The notes under the pieces: generated by a model
The model's input: only the letters and a program-made list of their open reading frames with translations
Databases searched by the model: none
What the model was told of the DNA's origin: nothing
Assembly: GCA_023515725.1 (NCBI GenBank)
Contig: JALDTO010000215.1
Span: forward strand, 149,053-213,052
Direction of reading: 5' to 3'
Origin: Amoeboaphelidium protococcarum X5
Taxonomy: Eukaryota; Fungi; Aphelidiomycota
Length of the DNA stretch: 64,000 bases
Position numbers and translations under genes: made by a program
Shown: in pieces, positions 12,940 to 25,732 of the stretch
Position numbering within the stretch: the stretch's first letter is position 1
Layout: each line of letters begins with the position of its first letter

Positions 12940-14664
12940 ATGAAGGCGATGCAGGACTCGGTTTTGAGTAGACTGAGCAAATTCAAGTCTGTCTGTCCAT
13001 TCCTGAATAGAACTCCGATAGAGCAGCTGCGTTCCATGATGTAATGCCCGGTAAACGTTGGCGCTGCTGCTTCTCCCGCCGGCTCTAGCCATGGCATGTA
13101 AAAGTGTAGCAAGTGTCCATTTAATAGCGGCTGTTATGTGTCCACCTCAGTTGGGGGCGAGATGGCACCGGCTCATCATCATCATAATCCTGTCGCCGAA
13201 AATAGACCATCAGTGTTGGCCGCGCTCGCCTCATAAAAGTGTCCAGTGATGAAGACTGCATTTGAAGAAGCTGCGGCTTGTAATAGTTTCTAGGCTGGCG
13301 ATTTATCTTCTGCGATGACTCTTGAGACTCCTCTATCTTACTAACGCAGCGGCTTTAGTTATGATTAGTTCTTTGGTGAGCAGATTGATAACAAGAAAGC
13401 TGATGGTTCGTACCGCTATTTTTAAAAGATCAGTAGATTAGCTCAGGATGTACCTAATGCACAATATTCTAATAGCGAGGCGAAGAAAGTGACCGTTTGG
13501 TGCAGCAACGACTACTTGGGAATGTCGCGTCATCCGAAGGTTGTGAAAGCAGTTCATGACGCGGTTGACTTGTATGGCACAGGCAGTGGTGGCACTCGTA
13601 ACATTGCTGGTAACAATGAATTACACTCCCGGCTGGAGAATAGTCTTGCCCAGTTGCATTAGAAATAGTCAGCTCTGCTATTTAGTTCATGCTACGTGGC
13701 TAATGACTCTACTATTGCCACTATATGCAGTAAACTACCTGATTGTCTCATTCTCAGTGATTCTAGTAATCATGCATCCATCATTCAAGGTATACTGAGG
13801 AGTAAAAATGTGGAGAAGAAGGTATTCCGTCATAATGATGTTGAGTATTTGGAATAGTTGTTGTAAGAGCAGCCTGCGGAACGACCAAAGCTGATTATCT
13901 ATGAGTCTGTATATTCCATGTGCGGATCTATTGGGCCTATTAAAGAGATCACCCAGTTGGCCAAGAAGTATGGCGCGTTGACTATGCTAGATGAAGTCCA
14001 TGCTGTTGGAATGTATGGAGATAGCGGAGCTGGAGTCGCGTAGATCACTGGTGATATGGAGGATGTAGATATTATTAGTGGCACTCTGGGCAAGGCGTAT
14101 GGATGTGTTGGTGGATACATTGCCGGGAGTCACAATCTGGTTGATTTCATTAGATCTTACGCAAGTGGATTCATTTTTACCACTTCTCTGCCTCCTGCTA
14201 TTGTTAATGGAGCGCTTGCCAGTGTTGAGCATTTGAAGATGTCAAGTGAGGAGAGAATGTTACAGCAGTACAATGCCGTTGCACTGAAGACACGGCTTGC
14301 ACATTACAAGATTCCAGTCATTCCGAATCCATCACACATCGTGCCTGTTCTCATTGGCGATGCTCACAAATCTTTCCAGGTATCGTAGTATTTGTTGGAT
14401 GAGCACTAGATCTACGTGTAATCCATCAACTATCCAACTGTTGCAAAGGGTACGGAGCGCCTGAGAATCACACCTGGACCTTTCCATTCTGAATCTGATA
14501 TGGATCGTCTGGTTGATGCACTTTTAGATGTCTGGTAAAAGTTTGGATTGTAGTATGCGACTGACTATGAGCGCGTCATCTAGTCTAATGGCATGCCATT
14601 ATAGATGAAGCCTTGGATGTCCCTTGGCTTGGGAGATGAAGTGCAACAGCTTGTGAAATGTTGA
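12940..14664 (+). CDS. HEM1: 5-aminolevulinate synthase, mitochondrial, ~574 aa
   Basis: Motifs [41 protein letters not shown] (PLP lysine), [18 protein letters not shown]-terminal presequence with CP motifs. Ends in TGA. Confidence 0.95.
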
Positions 14665-14792
14665 GCGAATATTAAAATGTTTGAGTATACTGTGATCTCT
14701 ACTTTGTATCGCTGTTAATTTTCTTTTCACTATTCTTTTGTTAACAGTGAGTGGTATCATATACTGTAGTGACGAAATTTATAGTTTTAAAA

Positions 14793-15350
14793 ATGGTCAA
14801 CTTTCCGGCATTCAAGATTGGGCTTTTGCTCATCAAATAGGTATCAAAACCAATAGCATCATATGTGAAGAAGCAGGCTGCATAAAGGGAGGGATTCCGT
14901 AGGGTGATTATCAAGTTTGCTCAAGGCTATCATAGATTAGATGTAAGATTGAAGCGGCGACAAGCTGGCATAAATATATCTGGCGATTAATAACAAGTTA
15001 AGGCGATGTAAAACTAGAGCTATAATTCTGAATAGTAACGGATAGCTGAGTAATATCAAGCAGACATTAAAGGCCAGTCGAGGAACTAACAATAACAATA
15101 ACAACAAGGAAGCAGCGAAACGAAGAATCGCATTCGCCCGCTGGAGGAGGGACGCGCTATTGAACTTGCTGCGAATCTCATTGGAGAGACGTTTATCTTC
15201 TCAGTGGCTGTCATGGTGGTCATTTTAGAGACTTATCGAAAGAAAGTGGATGATGATAAGAAGTAGTAGAACCTGGTTGACCTTGAGCGTCGATTATCAG
15301 AGATGGAAAGTCGTGTCACTGTACTCAGTGCATCATCGGCGTCAAAATGA
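14793..15350 (+). CDS. OPA3: OPA3-like mitochondrial protein, ~185 aa (absent from the standard-code ORF track)
   Basis: MVNFPAFKIGLLLIKQVSKPIA...IRPLEEGRAIELAANLIGETFIFSVA matches the OPA3 family signature. Open only if TAR=Gln. Confidence 0.88.
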
Positions 15351-15841
15351 AGATAATTTTGTGATTTATTATGGTTAGATATTAAATATCACATGGATGA
15401 TATAAAGTCTGTGCGGTTTTTTTTATATTATTCTGGTACTTGAGTTACCTGATCGTATGATGTTATCTCTTTCATTCTGTGCATTGCACGAAACAACATT
15501 AATTCTACATAGACCATTAAATCGTACAATATGGAACTTTTAGTTTACTAAGAAGTCAGCATTTTCCGGCATTAAATGTTTTTGAAGGCCCATTTAACCA
15601 TCTAAGTGTCTAGTTAAAAGGTTCAAAAATATGTATATAGACTGATGCCCAGACAGCAGAGGTGGTAAAAATAGCCTCCGTTTAAACTTGTTTAATTTTA
15701 GAATTACCTGTCTCTCTATAAAATAAATTCAAGTCACGTTCATCCCATCACATCTGCCTACTCTTTTTATTATCTATCGATTGAAGAAGATCATTTTGAG
15801 AGAGTGACTAAGTAAGTAATATTTATACAACTGCTACTAAT

Positions 15842-18800
15842 ATGAGCCAAGTGCAGTCAGAGTTTGATCAGGCACGAAGAATGGCGTCGCGCGACCAAAG
15901 TGAAACAGAAAATACAGACGACGGTATCAATGGCCACCGGGTGAAGGAGCAGCTATAAAATGATGACGTGTGCTAGAAGTTGGATTAGATGCGAGTGGAC
16001 TCTGAAGAAGGTTAATAATATCTGGGGGTTGCGGAATCCATGCAGTCCATAGTATCTGATGCGTCAACTCCTCTCAACTTCTCTGCCACATCAATCAACC
16101 TCGATGAAGATGGCGTCGAGATTAAGAATGGATCACATGCACCTGATAATACCTTGACACTTGACAATTACGCGATAATTAACTTCGATGACAGCGAATA
16201 AAAGGGTGTGGATTTGATTTCAATGTAATCTAGTGCACGTAATAGTAGGCCAAGATCGATAACACTGCCGGATGGTAATACAGATTTACAGCTGGTGAAA
16301 GCCGCCCTGGAAGGACAATCTAAATCCATTATGAAATCAAAAGATGATGGCAGTGGCATACAAAAGTCTATGAAAATTGGTGGTGGTCTTCAATTGGATA
16401 AATCTGGGAAATCGACGATGGTGGAAAAATCTGCTAGTCATGATGCACTTAAATAGGCCAGTGCTGAGTCGAGTATCTAAACTGGTTATGGTGTGCTTGG
16501 CGCTGGTAATCATGTTAAAGGACTTCAATCATCAGTATCTATAAGCAGTGTGGAGAAGCGAGAGACCAAGTCATTTGCCGGCTTTCTAAAGAAGTTGAAG
16601 AATAGGACCACAGCATAAAAATACAATGCAGCTGCTCTTGCTTCAGACTCTCTCCTCCCATTAAGTAGACGCGACTCCAAGTAATCAGTGACTGATATGC
16701 TGAATGATCCATTGAGTGCATACTATAGACAGAGAATTGATCAGGACAGGGACATTACTGAGGTTCTGGACTTGTTGTAGAAGATGGTAAATTATCCCAA
16801 GAAATATGAAAATTGGAGATCTCCGGTCATTGGTGATGAGATGTATATCACTGATATTCTGTTTTATGGCGATATTGAGGTTTTCAGTCGTCTCAGTCCG
16901 TCTGTTAGTACAGCGTCTAATTTGCATGAGTACGCGTCAAAGGTGTCCAGTGCTTCAAGAAGTCTGTACACTGTAAATGATAATTCGGAGTCTAGTGGAT
17001 CTAGCGGGCTATCTGCAAGCGCCGAGTTTATCCCGGATCAATCTGATATGATAGACAACGCGTATTTGAATATGTCAAAGAGTCAGAATGTCGACAACCA
17101 GGATGAGTCTAATGCTTGCAATCGATCATAGAGTCTGTTGAATTAGAGCTTTGCCACAGTTGCGTTGGCATCTTCCAGTAACGATGTGCCTGTCTATTTG
17201 AGCGTATCTCAGCCTTCACCAAAGTATCAGAATTTGAAGTACAGGTCGCTGGACTTGAGTAATAAACTGGGTAATGATGTCAATGATTCTATCAGTGCTG
17301 GTATCTTAAAGTCCTCTGTTAATAGCTCTCGTATGTCTGTTCGCACTTCTGTCGACTCTTCATTGTTACGCAGACAATCACTGCTTAATGCTATGAAAGC
17401 ACCAAAGCTTCCCAAGAAGCCAGTTCCTACTAAGGGAATTAAAAGCAATTTGGACGATGTGAATTCCAGTAATAAGTCGCTGAAGAAGTTTAATTCCTGT
17501 ACCACGCTATTTAGCATTGACAATAGTCTGTATACGTCCATTGGCAAGCCTGAGTACCTCGATGTGACTTTGAAAGTATTCTCTTATGCTGTGTCTCAGC
17601 ACTTGGAGAGAACATATGCCTTTTGGAAGATTTTGAATCAGTTTGATGATGCTAAGAAAAAGGCGTCGCGTAGAAGTAGTTCCGCGTCCGTCAGGCCTAA
17701 TAGCTTAATGTCATCTCCAAAGTTGGGAGCCAAGTCGACGTTTCCAAAGGAAGTCAAGTTGCCGCCTAATCATGAACATCATCTCGCGTCCAGGTGCTTT
17801 AAATCTGTTGACATATTTAGCGAAAAGTTGAATCCCTTGTGGAAAGTGCGTTACATTCCGGATGAAGTTTAGTAACACCCAGAAATAATGCAACCTCCCA
17901 CTCAACAAGAATTGTATCATTTTCTGAAGCAGTTGTTCTATGCTGCAGATTTGACAGCAGAAGTTGCTATCGTGTCACTGATTTACATGGAACGATTGTT
18001 GGAGAAGACCAAGATATCTCTACATGGCCTGAACGTTTTCAGAGCTTTGTTATCTAGTGTTATGATGGCAGCAAATATTTGGGATGATCAGGCTGTGTGG
18101 AATGTTGATTTCAAAACTATCATGCAAGATTTGAGGCTATCCGGATTGAATCAGATGGAAAAGTGGTGGTTGAAGACTATCAATTGGAATATATCTGTGA
18201 AGAAGGCGCAGTTTGCGAGTTATTGGTTTGAAATTCGAGAATGTGCAGAGAAAGAGTTTGGTGATAGAGTAAAGTTGTTCAAGAATTAATAATCATCTAG
18301 TGCCGCATAGAATGGTTCAAAGTCCCCGACTAGTTTGGTGGAAGTGAACACTAAAAGGCAAAGTCAAGTATCTGCTGAGCTGCGCGCTGATCATCGGCGA
18401 TTGTCCAAGCAGCTGAGTCAGACCAAGGCTTTCCAAGATTAAGCCTCGAGTAATGGCTAAGGGATAAGGTCCGCGTCTCACAAGTCATTATCTCGTAGTA
18501 GCACTTCATAGTACGTGATTAAGAAGGCAACGACTGTACCAGAGACGGAGCGTCAAAGTGATCCTCTCGTTCCCTCAAAGAGCTTAACTATCTCGATTGA
18601 AGTCGGTAGTTTTATGAAGCCTCTCACCGAGCAACAAATGGAATAGTTGGCCACTGCAACTACATACTCACAGACAAAGATTCGCTAGGATTTTAGCAAT
18701 AATCTTAAAGCGCCGAGTAATATGTCTAGCCAAGCGAGTAATTTGGATATAGCTCGTCGTTCATCTGCTATTAGCAGTGTACATGTTAGTCATGGTGCGA

Positions 18801-19186
18801 TCTCTCTGCATACCAGCAATTTTCCAGTGTATGGAAATGTATCTGAGAGGTTGTATGTGCCTGATTAGTAGTCAATCTTTGCAAAGCGTTTCAGTGTTGA
18901 CTCCAAAATGCCACAGTCAAAGCAAGATAATGCGCTGAATCACTACTTGCGCCCTTCGTCAGCTCATTAGAACAGAGAGAGTGGTAAATCGAAAGAAAGT
19001 GTATCAGAAGAAGTGGCGTATAATGTGTCTGGCACGTAGAGAACGCTGAACGAGAGCGAAGAGAAACCTGTGCTGATGTCAAAACTGAATCAACACGTCG
19101 ACATCAAGTGGGGCGGTAACAACTTGAGACGCGCTAAAAGTGACAATATATTCCACCCTGCAATCCCGGCTGCAAGTGTCATTTGA
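15842..19186 (+). CDS. Cyclin Y-like protein with long low-complexity N- and C-terminal extensions, ~1114 aa
   Basis: Continuous TGA-free frame. Cyclin box LTAEVAIVSLIYMERLL..IWDDQAVWNVDF and KKFNSCTTL resemble cyclin Y. Confidence 0.8.
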
Positions 19187-19445
19187 TAAAAGAGTATACG
19201 AATGTACTGTATAGACAATAGAATTTTTTCAATTAATAATACAATTGTTAATTTGATCTTTAATTGTTGCGTAAGACATAACAAATTACTACAATTCTGT
19301 AAGACTTTTCCGATAAATTTCAGTGCAGATCGATCGCTGAGTTTTAACTGAAATTTCACACGCGGTTAGGTCTACTATTACCTTATCTATAAATTAAGAG
19401 CGCGTAATTTTATTGAGCTGTAAGTAAAAGAAATCATAGTAATTC

Positions 19446-21360
19446 ATGTGTGGAATATTTGCAGTATTTGGGTATAAGGACGATCCTTCGCAGTTAAGAC
19501 AGAAAGCTGTTTAGTTATCCAAGCGGTATTTCATAGATCTAGAACACCGGGTAATCATACTAGCATAACGATGAAGTGTGTAGAATTCGTCATAGAGGAC
19601 CAGATTGGAGCGGTGTGAACTAGTTGAGTAGCGCTGATGGAAAGTCGCATCATATCATCTGTCACGAAAGATTGGCCATTGTCGGTGTCGTTAGTGGAGC
19701 TCAACCTCTTGTCAGTGATGATGGATACGTTGTGCTATGTGTTAATGGAGAAATCTATAACCACATAGCGCTGCAGGATATGCTGATTGCTAAACGTCTG
19801 AAAGAGGGCCGACCTGAGCCTCAATTCACCACTGGAAGCGATTGTGAGGTTATCATGTATCTGTGGGAGGATTTTGGATTGGATATGCTGCCCATGTTGG
19901 ATGGTATGTTTGCTTTCGTTCTCTACGATAAACGCGAGGATAGATACATTGCTGCGCGTGATGCTATCGGTGTAATCCCTCTGTATCAAGGCAGAAGTAA
20001 GGCTGATGGATCTGTGTGGTTCTCCAGCGAGATGAAGACGATTTATGAAGATACTGCTTATTCTGGTGTTGGCTCTTCTTCATAAACTGACTCCTCAATC
20101 TTTGCCTTTGAACCTGGTTGTGTCTATGACTCTAAGAATGCTCAAGTAACTCGTTGGTTTAACCCAGATTGGTTCAGTGTTGACTTTAAGCCTCCAGCTG
20201 CGCCTGCTGATTGTCTCTCTGCTGATGGTAGCGTTGTCAAGTTTCCACCTACATTATTATCCAAGTTGAAAGAGACGTTAGAGAGAAGTGTGGAGATGCA
20301 CATGATGGCAGAGGTTCCATATGGTGTTCTACTAAGCGGTGGATTGGATAGTTCCCTGATTGCTTCCATCGCTGCCAGACTGAACAATAGACTATCACAT
20401 GCAAAGTCTCCGGTTATCAGCGAGCGAATGTCGTGGGGAAATAAGCTACACTCGTTCTCTATCGGATTGAAAGATTCACCTGATTTGTTGGCAGCTAGAC
20501 AAGTGGCAAAGCATATTAAGACGCGTCATTTCGAGTTCAACTTCACCATAGATGAAGGATTGGATGCTATCCGCGATGTCATTTACCACTTGGAAACTTA
20601 TGATGTTACAACAATTAGAGCGTCCACACCGATGTACTTATTGAGCAGAAAGATCAAGGCTATGGGTGTGAAGATGGTGCTGTCTGGAGAGGGAGCAGAT
20701 GAGATGTTTGGTGGCTACTTGTACTTTCATGACGCACCGGATGCCCAGTCTCTACATCACGAGACTGTGGCCAGAGTCAAGTTGCTGCACACTAGCGATT
20801 GTCTCCGCGCCAATAAGAGTACGATGGCGTGGGGTCTCGAGGCGAGGGTGCCATTCTTGACGAACAAGGACTTTCTTCAGTTTGTGATGGCTGAGATTCC
20901 AGCAGAGTTTAAGCATCCGCGATTGACTCCGAAGCATATTGAGAAGGAGATTCTGAGATAGGCTTTCGATGTTGAAGAGGATGATGGCAATGGTAATGTC
21001 ACTCCATATCTTCCTAAGGATATCTTGTGGAGATAGAAGGAGCAATTCAGCGACGGTGTTGGATACAGTTGGATCGACACTCTACGTGACAATATTGGAC
21101 AGTCTGTCAGCGAGTAGCAGTGGCAAGATCGTGCTCAATTGTTCCCGTACAATACTCCGACAACCAGGGAAGCTTTCTATTATCGCCAGGTATTTGAAGA
21201 TTTGTTCTGTTAACCAAGCGGTTCTGTGTCTGAAGACATGGTGAAAGCTGGCAAATTGGATGTCCTCAAAACCGTGGTCAAGTGGATTCCGCGTAAGGAT
21301 TGGGGCTGTGCTGAGGATCCATCCGGAAGGGCGCAGAAGAGCCACCAGAAGAAGATTTGA
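19446..21360 (+). CDS. ASN1: Asparagine synthetase (glutamine-hydrolysing), 2 exons
   Basis: MCGIF start, intron 19526..19583. Motifs [50 protein letters not shown](TAG)[16 protein letters not shown]. Ends in TGA. Confidence 0.96.
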
Positions 21361-21590
21361 ATTTACACTTGATCACCGGTATATTATTGAAGTAAATTAT
21401 TATTACATTTCCACAACTATGAATATTTTAATGGTCAAATTTGACCTTTAGTAATGAGGTCTAATTCGTGAAGAAGTCGACGCTGATCTTTCTTTTGATC
21501 TTTTCTGAAGACTATCCCATCTTTACTTTCTATACATTCTTTATTTTCAGTCTTTGTAAATTAACAACTATACAATTGGGTATATGTGCA

Positions 21591-24500
21591 ATGACAAGTC
21601 TTGGTGAGAAGAGGTTGTAGCTGAGGGCTGTCAACGTTAAGCGTGGTAATGATGAGGTGAAGCCTGCCACTGGGCTGGATTCATCACTGAAGAAGAATAC
21701 CGCTATGGTCACAAAGCTTAAAAGTGTTACTGCAGATAACGCGTCGAGATTATTACAAGAACTATAGAAGCTAAAATATGATAAATACTTACCAGAATTA
21801 TTGAGTTCCATCACTGAATCTGCCTTGAAAGCTAAAACGAGTGCTGATGCTGTGGGTGTTATGGAATTGCTGACAGAGTTGTGCCATCGCTCCCGGTAGG
21901 ATTCTGAGCTATCACTTAAAGGTTAAGAGGATGGTGTGCTGCAGATTGCGTCAGAATTGGTTAAATAGTTCTTTACGTCGATAGATTTGCAAAAGATTTC
22001 TCAATCATAGGATGATACTAAAGCTGAGAGTGCGCGGTAAAGTTCAGTAAGGTCAAGTATCCGCTGTCTGTGTGAAATGATTTTGTGTGGATTGTTGAAT
22101 GCGGAGATGCAAATGTCCTTGATAAAAACATTCAAGATGGTGAAGAAATAAGATGGCAAGTAGTCTGATGCTCTCAGTCCTTTATCTAATTAGAATGGTG
22201 TACTATTGGGGTGTCTTATGCACGATGTTCTCGCTACTAGAGATGTGTCATCATTCAATTACGCTTACATCGCCGTGTTTGTTGCCAAGTATTACTCGTC
22301 TGACTTTCTAGATGTGAGCGATGGTTCTGATAACAAAAATTAGTTTATATCTGGTGAAGTTTAGAGTTATTGTAAGTCGTTAATAATGTAGTATTATGAT
22401 AGGTTGTGCCTTAAGATCAAGTCTTTACATAGATAGCTGACCAAAGTCAAGTAGGCTGCTCGTAATAACACTATATTGAGGGGTGACGCGTCATTGTCAT
22501 AAAAAGACAGATTAGAAGTGTTGTAGGCGGATTATGATAAACTTGTTGGCTTTGCGTCAGGTTTAGCTAATGCTTTAAGCTTGGAACTACCCTTGTTTGA
22601 TGACATGATAGATGATCAGGCGGAAGATACAAAGATTACCATCGCTGCGGCTAGTGGGTCCTTTAAAGGTGATGAGTTTGATGGCACAAAGTCTCAATGG
22701 TTGGATGAAGAGTAGAAAGATTTCTATACTGCATTGGCCCCCATGTCTAATCTATTACCTCCGTCATGTCTTCAAGTTTCTGAATTGGATTCCGCTGAAA
22801 GTAGTAAGAAGAACAAGCGCAGGCTCAAAAGGAAATAAAAAGCTTAATAGCACTAGCAGAAGTAGACTTCAGGCGATCTGGATTATGACGCATATGATGA
22901 TGAGAATGGAGATTGGATGGACCAGGCTGATGAAGATGTTTTGGAGCAGGTGGAGTAGATTATTTTTGATGATAAAGAGAATGAGACTGAGAATAGTGTT
23001 CAGGCTGCTAGACTTTAAGCTATTGGTCAACGTTGCGCTGATCCTATAGATAATCTTATGTAACAGCTACCTTTGCTAGTAAACAAAGGAGATGTCGATA
23101 ATCTGGCGGTGGAGTTTTGTATTGCGCAGTAAAAGTGTCGCGACGTGGCGAAAGAGAAGCTGATCAGTAAACTGCTTGACGTTGCCAGATTTAGGCTGGA
23201 CTCTTTGCCGTTCTATGCTCGTTTAATTGCAACTCTCGATCCTTATGTCCAATCTCTTGGTGCAACTGTCCTCGTGGCTCTAATCTCTGAGTTTAAACGG
23301 AGATACAGAAAATAGTATGTAGTGAATATGGAGCATAGGGTGAAGAATATCAGATTCATTGGAGAGTTGATTAAATTCTGCGTTGCTCCTCCACATCTCT
23401 TCTTTTACTGTACACACAGGTTGGTGAAGCCTGAGAGTAGTGGTAGCGTGTTCCATGATCAGCATGTCGAAGTATTTTGTCATTTACTTGAATGCTGTGG
23501 CAGATTTGTGTATGTGGATGAAGAAATGGGGCCTCGATTTAAGCCGCTTCTTAATGTATTTGAGAAGAAGGTGAAGTAGACTGCGCTGGATCAGAGAGTT
23601 ATCTAGTTGGTACAGAGTGCACTACTCACTGTCAATCCGCCTGCGGTTACGGATGCAGACATGTAGGAACCACCAAAGACTGTGATCGAATGGTATATCC
23701 TGCGCACATTGTGTGTTGATTTAAAGTCCAAGAAAGATGTTTAGTCTATTAGTGATCGTATCAATCAACTTCCATGGTGCACTGTAGAGTCGCCCTTGTA
23801 CTGCTCACAATGGTAAACTTCTTATAAGTCGCAGTCATCTGAAGGTGAGAGCTAGTTGAATCCCGGTGATATAGAACTGGTCAATGTCAACATTCCGCAA
23901 GTAGTATTGAGTATATTTTCTTAGCCTTGGTTACTAAAGGAACACCAGTTGAGTCTATTTGCATAAGTTTTATTGCACTTAAAGAGTAAAAATGACAAGT
24001 TATAGTTAGTTGTACAAGTTATTGATAATGTTCTAGAGGAAATACGTATTGGACTGGAAGATTTTAGCGAATTTAGTTATAATTAGAGAAGACTGTCTAC
24101 CATTAGCTACTTTGCCGAGTTGTTCAATTAGAAGCTAGTGTCTAAGAATGTGCTGCTAGATACTCTGGATCTTCTATTATAGTTTGGACACTAATCGGTA
24201 GATTTGTCTCTTTATTATCAGTCTATTGAGCAAGATCAGGGAGAAAATGCTTTGATTGATGGACCCAAATATTATTTTAGAATCAGGATGGTATGCGCGT
24301 TATTATCTGCATCTGCGGCCATTCTCAGGACTAAAGCGTTCTAATCAGTGATGAGTCGCTTCCTGGTCAAATTTGACTATTACATCTGGCTGAAGGACTA
24401 GGAGACGTTCCCTCTATAGTTGAAGTTTGTCGTTGAGGACTGTTTTGAGTAGATCAAGTCCGGATTCCGTCGCTCTTAGAGTGTAGAAGAGGCTATGTTG

Positions 24501-25409
24501 AAGTATCAGGAGATGACGATCAGTTTGCCTTAACCTTCTTAGTCATAACAATAAAACTAGGGTAAAGTAAAGTCAAGTGAAGATTTTGATACCGCTGATG
24601 CTAATTATGATGATCTCACGAACGCAGAAGACTCTTAAGAAGCTCTTGTTGACTAAGATCAGTCTGAAGATGATCATTTTGATAGCAATAAGGACGCCGA
24701 TGTAAAGTAGGATGATCAGTCCATTCAAGAGTAATCGAGCGACGTTGATAGCGATGATGATCTAGATAATGAAGAAGACGATGAGGAGGAGGAAGAATCA
24801 CTAGTTAGTAAAATGATAAAATCACAAACTGTTGAAAGCAAAGAGGAATAAGAATAGTTCTCTGCGGCATTCAACGATATTCTAGTGGAATCTATCCAGA
24901 GTAGAAAGAATGAACGCGTGATGTCTCAAGAGTTGTCAGTGCCTCTGATGACCTCAAGATTCAATTCTTTGAATCAGCTGAATGGTGCCAATGCCCCTGC
25001 CAAAGTTCAATTCACCCTAATGACCAAGAAATCTAATAAGCAAGTACTGAAGGCTCTCGAAATTCCTTCAGAGACCAAGATTGTCTAGCAGACTAAGAAT
25101 TAATAAGCTGCGGCCATGGAAGAAAAGAAGAAATTGAAGGATTTGGTGTTAAGACAGGAGCAGCGTATGAACTAGTAGCAGTATCAATCCAGTTCCACAT
25201 ATGGAAGTGGTGGGTCTCTGCGATCTCCTAGCTCATACGAAGAGTTGGACGGGTTGGAGTCTTTATCCCTTGGTGGCAGTAAATAATCATCTCAGTAGAA
25301 GAAAACTAAATAGAAGACGGCATAGAGATCATCTCCTCCTGCTGCAGCCAGAGAAGGTGTTAGTAAAAGTATTGACAATCTAATCGGTTCTCTGAGTGCT
25401 AAGCGTTGA
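21591..25409 (+). CDS. UPF2: Nonsense-mediated decay factor Upf2 (MIF4G domains, acidic tail)
   Basis: Hallmark LDSSLKKNTA; RLDSLPFYARLIATL; KNIRFIGELIKF; LLECCGRF; YFRIRMVCALL; acidic region; C-terminal VQFTLMTKKSNKQ. One frame to TGA at 25407-25409. Confidence 0.88.
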
Positions 25410-25732
25410 TTTAGGTGAAATGTCATGTAATAGATCCTGACTCCTCTGATTATCCAGGGAAAAATCGCCAAGTCTAGCATTGAACTGTTGATGAAAATTA
25501 AGTCTTGTGATAGATACTAAGTCGCGTTGCAGTAGAGTCATCATTGAGTGAATATATAAAATCAGAGTAGATTGAGTTTTCGTAACGTTCGTCCGACCTG
25601 TCACTCGTTTCTCTCTTCTCGTGAAAATTCTCTTTTCTCATTTTGGTTGATTTTTTACATTTGACAACAGCAGTATCTTAATACGTGGTTAATTATATTA
25701 AAACAATTTTGCTTTTTAGAATTTTAAATTAC

